Positions 25,635 to 37,295 of a stretch of DNA of 64,000 nt are shown here, in pieces. The notes under the pieces are model-generated. The model was not told where the DNA came from, searched no databases, and worked only from the letters and a program-made list of their open reading frames with translations. Where the stretch lies: assembly GCA_050084985.1 (NCBI GenBank), contig JBITNC010000002.1, forward strand, positions 40,052,001-40,116,000, in the 5' to 3' direction. Position 1 is the stretch's first letter. Each line of letters starts with the position of its first letter. This DNA is from Nageia nagi. Its lineage: Eukaryota; Plantae; Pinophyta. Made by a program: the position numbers and the translations under genes.

Positions 25635-26874
25635 GGTCAAGATGAGAAGCTTTCAACCCTTACTACACTGTGTTGTAGAGGTATATGTCTCCAAGCAAGA
25701 GATTATTAAGTGTGGAGCATGATTTAACTTGGATCTTTGCATTTCCTTAACTCTAATCTTAACCACTATACTGGTTAGTAGTTTAATCAAATGATCAATA
25801 GTCAGTCGATGTACTAGTTAGGCAACGGATTATGGTGGATGTGTTATTGCATAACCTGGCCTGTTATATCCAATCCATGATTGGTAACTGATCTAATACA
25901 TACTAATTGGGAAACATGGAGTGTTAAATTGCATTTTGGGCAATCAAAATCATGTTTAATCTAACCCTTATTGAATAATTAGGGGTTACACATAGGGTAG
26001 GGAGTTACTCCATAGATTCCTTGACCACTTTTGAGGTCGAGATAGTTTGGTATCCCTCCTATAAATAGATGTATTTAGATTGAGATCCATGTATGTAGTT
26101 TTGAGCATTGTTATAGTGTTGATTTGATATGCTCATTTTTGATAGTTTTGATAGAGATTATAGAGTACTCCAAGGTGAAGGTTGTAGCAAGGTTATGTTG
26201 TTGGTTTGTTGCTTGGAACACTTGGAAGATTGGATAATACAAAAGGTTGAAAGCTTCTCTATGGATGTAGCCCATCTTGGGTGAACTACATTAATTTCTT
26301 ATCTCAACTTTTGTGTTCGATTGCTTACTATTTTGCTTTAGTATACTTGTTTCTTTTGCCATGGAGTATAAGGATTACTTGCTCAATTATATGAAATTAT
26401 TTGAACCTAACACTTATGAAACATTGCATAATTCAAAAAGTCAAATAACCAAGTTTAAGTACCCTTCTCCAAAATTTAAATATAGATTTACAAAAAAAAA
26501 TCAAAACTAGGATAATTTTAGGAACTATTTATGAAATATTATACAATTCAAAGCAATATTTTGTGATGTTTAAGTACCCTTATTTGAAATTTAAAAATGG
26601 ATTTACTAAAAAAAACTTGCAATTTCATTTTTAGATAAAACATGACATATTTTAATGCCTACTTATGAAACATTGCACAATTCAAAAAAAATACTTTTGA
26701 AATATTATGTAATCCTACCTTTTATTGGTACAAACCTCTTTCTTAAGAGCATTAAGTAAAATCAATTTTGTTTGAGTTCACTCTTAAACTATGGACAAAT
26801 AAGATAAATATAATGATGGTGTCAATATGAAAATATTTATCCCAACAATGTGTGATTGAAACATTCAAATTAAA

Positions 26875-26965
26875 TACATACATACATACATACATAATAC
26901 ATACATACATACATACATAATACTAATTATATATTATATATATATTATATATATATATATATATA
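26875..26965. repeat. (TACA)n and (TA)n microsatellites
   Basis: Directly visible. Confidence 0.9.
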
Positions 26966-27341
26966 ATATGATGAACTAATATACAAACATGTTATTCTTC
27001 AATTTCAATATTCAAAAAAGAAGAAGATAAAAACATTTCAAATTGAAACACATAAAAAATTCATTGAGATAATCTAGGAAGTTGAAATTTGGAAAAAACA
27101 TGAGATTATGAATTTAAGGATTATCAAAAAGAAAAAACCTTAGTTGCATAATAACTAGATGGTTTGGTTGATCTTAAATATTTACGATGAGAGGATGTTA
27201 ACATATAAAGAGGAATTATAATTTAATTAAAATCCCTTTTTAGGTATTTGAAATATTTTATTTATTAAATTTAAATAAATGCTCTTATCATTGTGCACAC
27301 TTATCTACCTTTATGTTCTATAATAAAAAGTCGGTTAGGAG

Positions 27342-28451
27342 ATAAGCCCAAGGAGGAGCCTTGGCACTAGACCTGTTATCTATAAAGGTGGAAGGGTTGT
27401 CCATGAGCAATTATGATATGATTAAGAATCCTTGATAGTTGGTAATATACTTGTGTCATTCTTGACCAATATTTCTAAATGTCACCTATCATATATGGAT
27501 TTTGTTATACAATGAGCTCTACATTTTTGTGATTTTCCTAAGCTATTCACATACGATATTTTGAGCAAAAGATCAAAGCGAACTAGAATGGTAGCTAGGC
27601 AACATCCTTGGGATCCTAGCACTACTGTTGGGTTGAGGTCGGATTGGTGGCTCCATCTTTAAGAGAAGCTCGTCGTTCATCCTCTCGTAGTCAAATATAT
27701 CCTTCATTCATTATGATAGGTAAAGTACATGTTTGTATTTTTCGTTAATCCAAGTTAATAGATCAAGATCAATTAATATCATTATCATCTTTTATATCAT
27801 TGCTATTTATTGCTATTTCATTATTATTTAGATAAATTACATATATTAAATAACCCTAATTAATTATTATTTCAGTTATAATAATTAGAGAACTTGATGT
27901 GAAATGAACATGCAACCTTTTAATCATGTTTTACATTATTATTATCATTGATCTCTTTGTAAGAGAGGGACATAAAAAATCCATGGCAACATGGTGGCTT
28001 GTAGGCCAAGGTCTATCATTAGTCTCTTGGTAAAGGAGGAGCAAGCTTATCAAAAATCCATTGCAATATGGTGGCTTGGAAGTTTAGGTTTATCTTTAGT
28101 TTCCTTGTAAGGGAGTCCACCAATCCGACCTCAACCCAATGATGACACTAAGATCCCAACAACGTCACTTGCCTACCATTCCAATTCGCTTTACGCTTTT
28201 GCTTAATATCATCATCACACCTTCGATGCTCGAAATATCATGCATGAATAGCTTAGGAAGATCGCAAAAATGTAGAGCTCAATGTATAACAAATCTATAT
28301 ATGATAGATGATGTTAAGAAACACTGATCAAGAATGACACAAGTATATTACCACCTATTAAGGATTATGAATCATGTCATGATTGCTCATGCACAACAGT
28401 CCAACCTTTATAGATAGTAGGTCTAATGCCAAGGCTCCTTCTTGAACTTAT
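27342..28451. repeat. Long inverted repeat (arms 27342-27654 and 28112-28451, ~457-bp spacer)
   Basis: ggagccttggcactagacc...gggttgaggtcggattggtgg is the reverse complement of ccaccaatccgacctcaaccc...ggtctaatgccaaggctcc, with scattered mismatches and a ~27-bp insertion in the right arm. No TSD found. Confidence 0.88.
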
Positions 28452-28509
28452 TAACAAGAAATAAAAGAAAGTAAACAAATAGATGGGAACCAAAGGAACT
28501 CAATTGAGA

Positions 28510-28890
28510 AGTAGATAAATAGATAGATAGATGAGTCTTTTAAAGTTCTTTTAAATCCAAAGTTTTGTAGGATCTATCAAATAAATCTAATGGTTTGTAG
28601 GACCTATCAAAATTTGTCCAAAAATATATGAATTGAATATTTAAATGATTATTTCTCACACAATTAAGTTCTATAATAAATTCGTTAGATCTCTTTTGGT
28701 TCTCTTGGTTTAAGAATTCATGGATTGAGCTATAATTATGAATACTTTTGTAGGTTTGTCTAATATCTCTATAGAATAGATAAGGTTTGTCTAATATCTC
28801 TATAAAATAAGCAAAAAAAGAAAAAAAATAAATCTCATTTTCAATGGTACTTAGATTACATAACTTACAAATTATTTTATTCAAAAATAT
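28510..28890 (-). mobile_element. 3' end of a LINE (C-terminal zinc-finger region plus microsatellite tail)
   Basis: The minus-strand ORF reads ICKLCNLSTIENEIYFF...YRDIRQTY, a degenerate CxxC...EDExHF...CPxYxxIR motif. It is followed by (TCTA)n-like repeats at 28512-28531. Confidence 0.55.
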
Positions 28891-29372
28891 TTTTGATATT
28901 TTATTTATCTACCAATTTTACTATATAATTCGTGTGATAAATAAAATATATGAAATTAATCATCAATTAAATAAAATAAGTCTAAATTTAAGAATTGTAA
29001 TATCGAACTTTATTTCCAATAAAATTTTAACTTTTTCATTAATTAAAAACAAGATTCTTCCATTGAACTGAGAGATGAAAATAAATTATAATGTTAGACC
29101 TTATCTCTTATTTATATATATATACACGCACACAAATAATTCACTGCAAAATCTACAATATAATTAAGCATATGTACACACTCTAAAGATGACTTTTGCC
29201 AGGGCAAATATTGTATCAGAAAAGTCGGAGTAGTGAAGCAAAGAAATCCACAGATTCAATTCTTCTGAAGTCTCAATTTCATTCTAACATTGTCTGCCTA
29301 AAATTTCAAGGGTTTAGCGGGATTCTAGTCTGTAGGCTGCTCTGAATACAATCGGAGAGAAAAAGGAAAATC

Positions 29373-29507
29373 ATGGGAGTAATCAAGGATGGAAGTGTGT
29401 CAGGATTGCTGCCGGAGACCAAATGTTTTGCCGTGAATTATCCAGCCTATCCTTCTTCAACTTCTCGAGCCATTGAAACTCTTGGCGGCGTTGATGGAAT
29501 CGCTAAG
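29373..29507 (+). CDS. GTF3C5: General transcription factor IIIC subunit 5 (tau95/Sfc1), exon 1
   Basis: MGVIKDGSVSGLLPETKCFAVNYPAYPSSTSRAIETLGGVDGIAK matches the plant tau95 N-terminus (YPSS.SRAIETLGG). GT donor at 29508, phase 0. Confidence 0.93.
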
Positions 29508-31639
29508 GTACCAATTATATTATATCAGTTTTTAAATTGTTTTAAAGAGTTTTTTTTTAATTGTTTTAAATCAGGAAAAATGGCATTGGATTCAAACTGC
29601 AATGGCGTTGGATTCAAACTGTTGAACGTAATTTAAATTCAGGCTTTGAAGAAAAACATATGTGAGATCATCATAACAAATGGAATGAACTTTTTCTTTT
29701 CATTGGATATGAATCTTTGGGAAGAGGTTGGGAAAATAAAATCCCTTTGCAATAGCCAATGATTATCTTTTTAGACATCGTAGATTGGTTCATACAACAT
29801 GATTCTTGAACCTATAAGAGGGCTAAGCTCCTAAATCTGAGAAGGAATCTCATCAACCTATGAGAAATAAATTCTGCAATTGAAAAACATGGGAAATTTT
29901 GGTGGTTAATATTTAACAATGGGGTACTTTCGTTTGTTCCCCCTCATAAGATGTGGCAATTTAAATTAAAAACTTTACATAAATTTTGTTAACAAATTCG
30001 TTTTCTTTGAGAATTCACTACCTTCTTTTACAGAATATAACACCTGTTTGAAGATGGACAACAGTTTAGGTTTTCAATTGGTACAACGATATAACAATTC
30101 TATTATAAAAAAGATTTTGCAAGATTTCTGAATTTTCAAAATGTATGTTTCCTTGACATTTCTCAGGTGAAAATTTTAGTTGATTATAGTGAAGGGTTAG
30201 AGGAATGTAACAAGGGAGAAATGTAGAAGCCAATGAGCGAGGTAAATGGACATGCTTCCGTCTCTACTTTGAAATGCCAATGTTTCCAAATACATTTCTA
30301 GGGCATATAAACATTTATTTATTTGATTGTATCATGATATCATCAAACCTGCAATCCTTTATGGCTTTGAGGTGTAGGGTCCAAGTTTAAGGCATACAAG
30401 CTGGGCATGTATTGAGCAAGTTCAGACCCTTTGTCTGTAGTGTATGAATTTCAGGCCGATTTTTTTCGGTTAGTTTCTTTGTCTTGAGAGCATTTTCAAA
30501 ATCATCTTTCATCATCATATACTTTGGTCAATAGGTGATTGCGCATTGCGTAGACAGAGATATCCTTAATTAGTCATTTTCTTGGCGGAGTGGGTTGCCT
30601 TGAGGAGTCTAGGCAGAGGACATCGAGGTTGGTACTCAGAAGCTAGCTTTCCTCTTCAGTCTATTGGCATTGCTATAGACCTGTTTACTCCATTCAAATA
30701 TTCACAGAGAGCTTCTCTGGGCATCTCATCTTATAAGAAGGTGATCAATAAATAAGTCAAAGACAATATCTATTGACAATAGATGTAGGCTATATAAATC
30801 TCACCACCCCAACCCTCAACCTCAAAATGGCTTTCTACGGTCAACAATTCTTGCATATCGTAAATGGCATCATCATTAGTCCTGATTATACTCAGCAGCA
30901 CTGGCTGGACTCATGGCCTTTGTACCTCACTCGGTCAACTTAGAGTATGCTCCCCACCGATTGGTAGTGAAAACATAGTCTTACCATCATATCATAGGAT
31001 TTGTCTCCTTCGTTCCCTTCTTGCAGTGGAAACAAGTAAATTTTATCGTTCGATGCTCAATTTACTAAGAGATTCAAGGGAGGTACTATTGCGTATGTGG
31101 AGACTCAGGAAGTTCACTTTCCGTCTTGACCTAAGATGCTTGGCTTTTATACCTTTAAGAAGCAATGGCTCACAGGCAGTGAACCTTTCAAGAGTTCTCA
31201 AACAACATTAAATTAATCATCTCCTTTTTTTCCTTCTATCTTGGGCGTTGGGGGAACCAAATGTTCTTTCAATGCTACTATTACCGAGTTTGCTGGTAAT
31301 ACTAATAATAGATATATATGACCATGTATTCCTTCACGGGGTGCTACTATATTTTTCAAGACCACCCTCTCTCCCACATGACTAGATAAATCCATTAACC
31401 TTCGACTTTGTGGGCTATCCTCCATTTTTCATCCTCATATCAAGCAATCGTGATAGACTTACATCATCAACTTCTTATTTTCTCTATCTACGTGTCATCA
31501 CTTCATTAAATTTATGTAAGATGTTGCTATGGAAGGTTGTCTGTTCTTTCAGAATAAACAATGAATTACATCGGGCCTCACCTGAATTAAAACGATTCCA
31601 TTATCGGAGAATGGCCACTAGATTTTGAAGCAGGCTCAC

Positions 31640-32600
31640 CATTCCCATAAATGTTCCAACATACAGTAGACCACAAACCAATAAAGTTTTAAACACAAAA
31701 AGACCTTTATAATAAAATATCAGATAGTAAAACTTGGCACTTGTTCATATGAACCCAGAGCACTTTTGATATACAGAATAGGTGCGGTTGAGCATGTTGA
31801 AACATGAACATCATTTGCTGCTAACATGTATGTCCGTTCTCAACATAATAAAACCAATTTGATGTTTAAACATATCATTGTTTTTTGAATGGTGTTATAT
31901 TTTAATCCGTCTTTTTTAGTTTCTTTTGTAACATCTTTGCTTACTCCCAAGCAACAGTGCATCTCCGCAAAGACAAGCATGATTCATTTTTCAAATATTT
32001 TTCATGGCCTATTTCTCATTTTCCCTGCAAATTATTTATGTATTACCACACGGGTTGCACTGAATGCATTCAGCAAGTTGCTGATGAAGGTGAGTTTTGT
32101 GCTGCCAAGGTATAAATTCATCATTGAAAAAGATATCATTAAGGGGTGCTTTGGATTATTCTCTTATTCATGTTCGTGGTTTAAGTTTGTCTCTTGGGAC
32201 CACCTTTAGTATGGAAATACGGTCTATTTGTTTCAAAGATCTCAATCACAAATTCTGGTGTGCTTGGGGTGACTTATGAGCTATTTCCTTAGGCCTGTCT
32301 TTTATTATTGAAGCATTTGAGAATTTTTATGGTCATAAGTCAACCTCATACCAACCCATTATCAGCCAAGTGGAACATCAATTCCATCAAGGAACTGCAT
32401 CAACTGGATCATTTCTTTTCTAATGTCTGTGTTATACCCATTGTGAGATCTCTTCAATATTGTCGTAACCTTCTTCTTCCTGTTTTGGATCGAGTCTCAA
32501 TTTGGAGCTACTCTTTGGATGTGTGATGATTTTCTTCAGTGCTATCTTGGTATGCTGAATTCTGTTGATTACATCCTAATGCATTGTTGCTAAGGTATGT
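31640..32600 (-). mobile_element. Very degenerate LINE-like remnants
   Basis: Minus-strand NHACLCGDALL near 31950-31990 resembles the L1 RT HLLFADD motif. Little else supports it; boundaries are approximate. Confidence 0.25.
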
Positions 32601-34154
32601 GGCAAGATTATGGTTTTCATTCTTATGGGAAAATATTCTTAAATCTCACATGATGGATGTAATCACCCAAATAAAAATAAATAAGTAATGCATGCACGTT
32701 AGTGGGAAATATCCTGCAACAATTAGTACTAAATTAAATCATTCATGTTAGTGGGGTATATCCTGGAGCAATTAGTGGGGAATAATGCATGCATGTCAGT
32801 GGGAAATTAATGAGTGGTAGTGGTTAGTCAAGTGTTTATATCCTAGAGTAGTTAGTGGGTAATAATGCATACATGTCAGTAGGAAATTAATGAGTGTTAG
32901 TGGTTAGTCAAGTGTTCTATTTCAACTATATATTCGTATGTCATTTCTTCATATGGGAGATGTATGGTTTGGAGAATCCTTTCAAGTCTGCCAATCAGCA
33001 GCATTGTTTTGGAGTGAGGACGTTCCCCCTCAACGTCAAAGATCCCATTGAAGATGGCTCCCTTTAGTGGTTTTGTTTTTCTAGTGTGTAGACAGTCACA
33101 AGTGAAGATCAAGCTTGGAGACGAAAACCCTCAATGTGCAGATTGGAACAGCAGATTGTCATTATTGTGAGTTTAGATTTCGTTTTCTAATTTGTGTGGA
33201 TTACCATAAGTGTAAATTCCAATAATACAAAATAACAAAAATATTTTTGTGTTGGAAAAGTTCTATGTGTTTTGTTTTGCAGTTTTTTGTTTGGGATATT
33301 ATAGTGGTATTAGAGCTTAGATTTGGTCAGCCTGTGGGAGAAACACACCTGCCCAAGTATTGTGCATACTAGCCAGTATTAGAGAACAACTCCAAGGACA
33401 AAAGAAGGATAAGATGACACATGGAGATAGAAAGTTGGAGATCTTTAACTTGATAAGTAAAGGAGAGGCAGCAACAACTCCTTGCCAAGAGAATACAATT
33501 GAATGAACCCAGCCATGATGCCCTCCATGCAGAATGTGCAACTAGAAGTGCCGAATTTCGAGAAGACATTTCTTTCTTGGACTTCTGTACCTAAAATCTA
33601 AATCCAAAATAAGAGATGGGAGGAGACCTATCTCAAATACATACAATTCCAATGCCAAGGTGGGTGTAGATGATTTTCATCACAAATCAAATGTTGAAGG
33701 TAAATCTTTGGTTGCTAGGTTATTAGTTAGTAAAAATCAAGCTTTAATTATATGTACTGAAACCACATGCAAGAGTGAAGTTGAGTTCTCAACTGATGGA
33801 AACAATTGTGCAGCCAACAATGTCAAAATTGGAAGTTTGGGTATCACAACACCAAGCAATGGAAATAGTACTGCAAAGGCTGATATTGAAGATAAACCTA
33901 GTGTTGACTATAAGCTGAGTTCCAACAATGTCCAAGATGCATAATCAAGTATTGAAGACCACCATAAGAATGTACTATTTGGTAGCATAGAAGATAAGAA
34001 GAAAAAGAGAAGGGAAGCATGAATTATTCAATGTAAGGTACATCCCATTGTATCAACAACAATACTTGTGCAAATGAAGAATCTAATTTACAATCTACTT
34101 TTTATGGACAAGTGTTGAATTATAGTAGCAAAAATGGAATGAAGGCAATAAGAG

Positions 34155-34430
34155 ATGGTTTTGACAGAGGTAAATGTTATGCAATCAAAGGTTTCAAGGA
34201 ATCAACTTTCATCATCAAGTTGTCTTAATGCAATCAGAAACAATGTCTAGCTTGATCCAGAGCTCAGTCCATTGCAGAAGTCATGGCTGATATCAAATGC
34301 TCAAGGGGCATCACACAATTTCATTTTTCATAGGCCTCAGGGCTTAATCACACTTTCAAGAAAGACTAAATTAGTTGATGAAGTATGTCACCAATTACGA
34401 GAAAATGGATGGAATTCCTCCACGATAGAG
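34155..34430 (+). pseudogene. Captured PPR gene fragment, N-terminal part
   Basis: ...KLVDEVCHQLRENGWNSSTIE reads naturally into SQLQDVANVDW at ~35355, which is the usual pre-PPR N-terminal region. One in-frame stop near 34248. Confidence 0.6.
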
Positions 34431-35350
34431 AATGAATGTGATGGTAATGGAGTTCCAAAAAACACAAGCATTGGTGATATATTGGGTACAAAAGAGATGA
34501 GGCTAGCTCTTATAGCAGGTGTTGGAATGCAGTTTGTTTTCAAGAATTGATTGACATTAATACTGATGAGACCTGGCAGGATTCACTGCTCATAGGACAT
34601 CATTATTGTTGTCACTAATTATTGTTGTTGTCAATGCAGCGGCCACAGTTGCTGGAATCCTGCTAGATAGATCAGGAAGAAGGCGACTTGCAATAATTAG
34701 GTTAATTGGTGGCATAGGAGTGTTGCCTCCATTATCAGTGGGTTTCTTCTTGACTACAACAGACTCTCCCAATATCTTGAGACCAGATAATAATTTTACT
34801 GCCAACCTTTTTATGCTCAACCATGCAGACAGGACAAACTCCTAGATCCATGACACGCCTTGACTGTTTACATACAGGATTTGGGTTTTGTTCTGGTCCT
34901 CAAAATGAGATGCAACCTTTTATCTGTTTAATTCACAATGGAATCTTGGTATACCCAAGCTTGCCCAAGTAATTACGGTTGGCTAGCTTTGGTTGGCCTA
35001 ATATTTTACATCATGGCTTACTCTCCTAGAATGAGACCACTTCCTTGGGCACTAAATTCAGAGATCTACCCTGAACATTTGAAAGGTGTGTGTGGAGGGT
35101 TTGCAACTACTGCAAACTGGGTTTCAAATCTTCTTATTTCATAGTCATTCCTGTCAGTTAATCATTTATTAGGAATAAATGGGGCATTTTTCATGTTTAC
35201 CTACTTGTATGTCTTGGCTCTCATATTTGTCATGGTAGCTGTGTGCCTGAAACCAAGGGACTATTTTTTGAAGAGGTGGAAAAATTGTGGGAGGAAAGAG
35301 CAAACAATACCAATGAGTGGCTTCCAAGGACAAGTAATAGCCCTCATAAT
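34431..35350 (+). pseudogene. Captured inositol transporter (INT, MFS sugar porter) C-terminal half, no introns
   Basis: RLALIAGVGMQ, INT, AGF...LLLSLI, DRSGRRRL, cysteine-loop remnant, WYTQACPSNYGWLALVGL, PLPWALNSEIYP...GVCGGFATTANWVSNLLIS, VPETKGL.FEEVEKLW. Frameshifts and small deletions, but no intron-sized gaps. Confidence 0.88.
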
Positions 35351-35353
35351 TGG

Positions 35354-37113
35354 AAGCCAGTTACAAGATGTTGCAAATGTAGATTGGAAGAGTCATGGAA
35401 TAGTTTTTGTGATTAAGCAAGTGAAGGATGTTAACATTGCATTGGAGTTCTATTACTGGTTGAAGAAGTCAGGTTTTAAACATGATATGCACACTTCTTT
35501 AGCACTAATCTTGAGGCTTGCAAAGTTAGAAAAGTTCTTTGACAAATTTTCATTTGCAATGAAGATGCTGCACGAATTAAAGGAAGAAGGTGTTACTCCA
35601 CCATTGTCTATGTCCAACAAGCATATCAACCTTGCTTCAATAAAGAATTTCAAAGCAACTCAGATGGGTCTAGATCTTATTAAAGACTATGGTGTCAAAC
35701 CAAATCTAATGACATACTCAAATTTGATTATCGGCCTTGCAAGTAATGGGAAATTCTTGGCAGCTCTGGAACAGTTTCAACTTATGCTATGCGATGGAAT
35801 TTGTCCTCATAACACAACTATTACCACTTTGCTGTACCACATTGTTTCTTCAGACATTTCTGAAAAATTTGGATCACTTTGCAAGGAACTCCTAGAATAT
35901 ATGGCTCTCTTGTATTCATACTAGAAGCATGGGAAATCTGAAATGGTAGTGAAATGTAAGGATCCAAACACAAACTCAAGTGCAATTAAGCCAATTTAAG
36001 TCAACAAACCCTAACGTCTGGTCTAGGGCATCCATATAATGCATTCAAAACCCAAACATGCCAACGTCTGGCCATTATCAACCCACAACAATAATTACAA
36101 GCTTACACTGCCAATGTATGGCTAACACATGCAAGAATAGATAATTAAACCACAACATTGCAATAACAAGGCATACACAAGACAAATATGGCAATCCAAT
36201 GCCCAACAACTATATATAAGATATGGAATGCTCAAAAATACAATACCAGGCCCAATAGGGTTGACATTGGCCTCAAGGGAGCCAACTAGGGCAAGTCGTG
36301 TATCCTAAATGTTGGATGATCAAGTAGAGCCATGGGACAACCTTGCTCCCTCAGATTCTAGATCCTCTCCACCAAAGGAGCCCTCCTCAAACCCTGCCGA
36401 CCAACTGAATGGCAGAAGCTCGACTGCAGCAATGTCGTAGACAATCAGGATCCCTCAACCTAATAGCCTTCCTAAATGCTGCACCTAGGGGATTGCTTAG
36501 CACTGCTTAGTCTTGTTGTCCTCTGGACGATATGAAGTATAGTAATGATCAGGTATATCCAACTATGAGGCTCCAATGCCTTTTTATAACACTCAGTTGG
36601 ATCTGGATCTCACCTAGGAGTCATTACCCAACTTCTTAATTCCAACATTAAGCACCTAGGGGCTTAGAATGCCCAATGTGGGTGCCTAGGGGTCAAGCAT
36701 GCCAACGTGGGGGCCTGGAGTGCCATAAATGCCAACGTGGGGATCTAAAGTGCTATGCATGCCCAATGTGGGTCTAGGAGCCATTTGTGGGGGCTAGGTG
36801 TCATCATAGGCCAACATGGGGGTCTAGGAGTCTCCCCAAGGCAGGCACATGTGTACAAGTGCTCATCCATCCATCTAAGTGCTAAATAGACCTTGGGATT
36901 CCCACAATCATGATCGGGATCTCTAAGTACATGAAAACACCTATTCTATGCTTTGAAGGAAGACGTCCCACTTGGGGCTCACAGTGGGGTCCATTGACTC
37001 ATTAAGTCTTCTATCCCAAGTATTAACTTAAAGTACAATGCAATAATAAATATACTACAAAAGGGACATTACATGAAAGCTTACAAATAGATGAGAGCAG
37101 CTGGTATGAAACT
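35354..37113 (+). pseudogene. Captured PPR gene fragment, repeat-containing part (interrupted by solo LTR 35955-37073)
   Basis: KDVNIALEFYYWLKKSGFKHDMHT...GVKPNLMTYSNLIIGLASNGKFLAALEQFQLMLCDGICP...HGKSEMVVK, then the solo LTR, then AYK*MRAAGMKL. The PPR motif continues across the insertion. Confidence 0.85.
35955..37073 (-). mobile_element. Solo LTR (probably gypsy), 1119 bp
   Basis: Termini TGTAAG...TTACA; TSD TGAAA at 35950-35954 and 37074-37078; ~30-bp internal repeats at 36650-36830; no PBS or PPT. Orientation is inferred. Confidence 0.88.
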
Positions 37114-37114
37114 T

Positions 37115-37295
37115 GTAGTTGTCTCAAATGCCATTATTCTCACACAAGTGAAGCAATTGAGAAACCACATATGGACAAACTTCTTGGTACAATGGAAAGG
37201 GCTACCACAAGAGGATACCACTTGGGAGTCGATTGAGATATTTGATCACCTAGCTTTGTCTTGCTTGAGGGCAAGCAAGTTGGGAGGGGGAGATT
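37115..37295 (+). pseudogene. Chromovirus integrase chromodomain remnant plus PPT
   Basis: FLVQWKGLPQEDTTWE, then gggagggggagatt immediately before the TG of the LTR. Confidence 0.85.

Larger units (their letters stand above)
2759..26412 (+). mobile_element. Element A: old Ty1/copia (Tork/Tnt1-like) LTR retrotransposon, interrupted by nested insertions
   Basis: The 3' LTR (25704-26412, ends ...ttgaacctaaca) follows a degenerate PPT. The 5' LTR survives as 2759-2890 (matches ~25912-26043) and 7563-7944 (matches ~26049-26412); its 5'-most part was not found. Met-type PBS tggtatcaaagc at 7948. gag starts at 8022 (MAEEGRMKVERFNG...), is cut by element C, and resumes after 21912. Confidence 0.85.
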
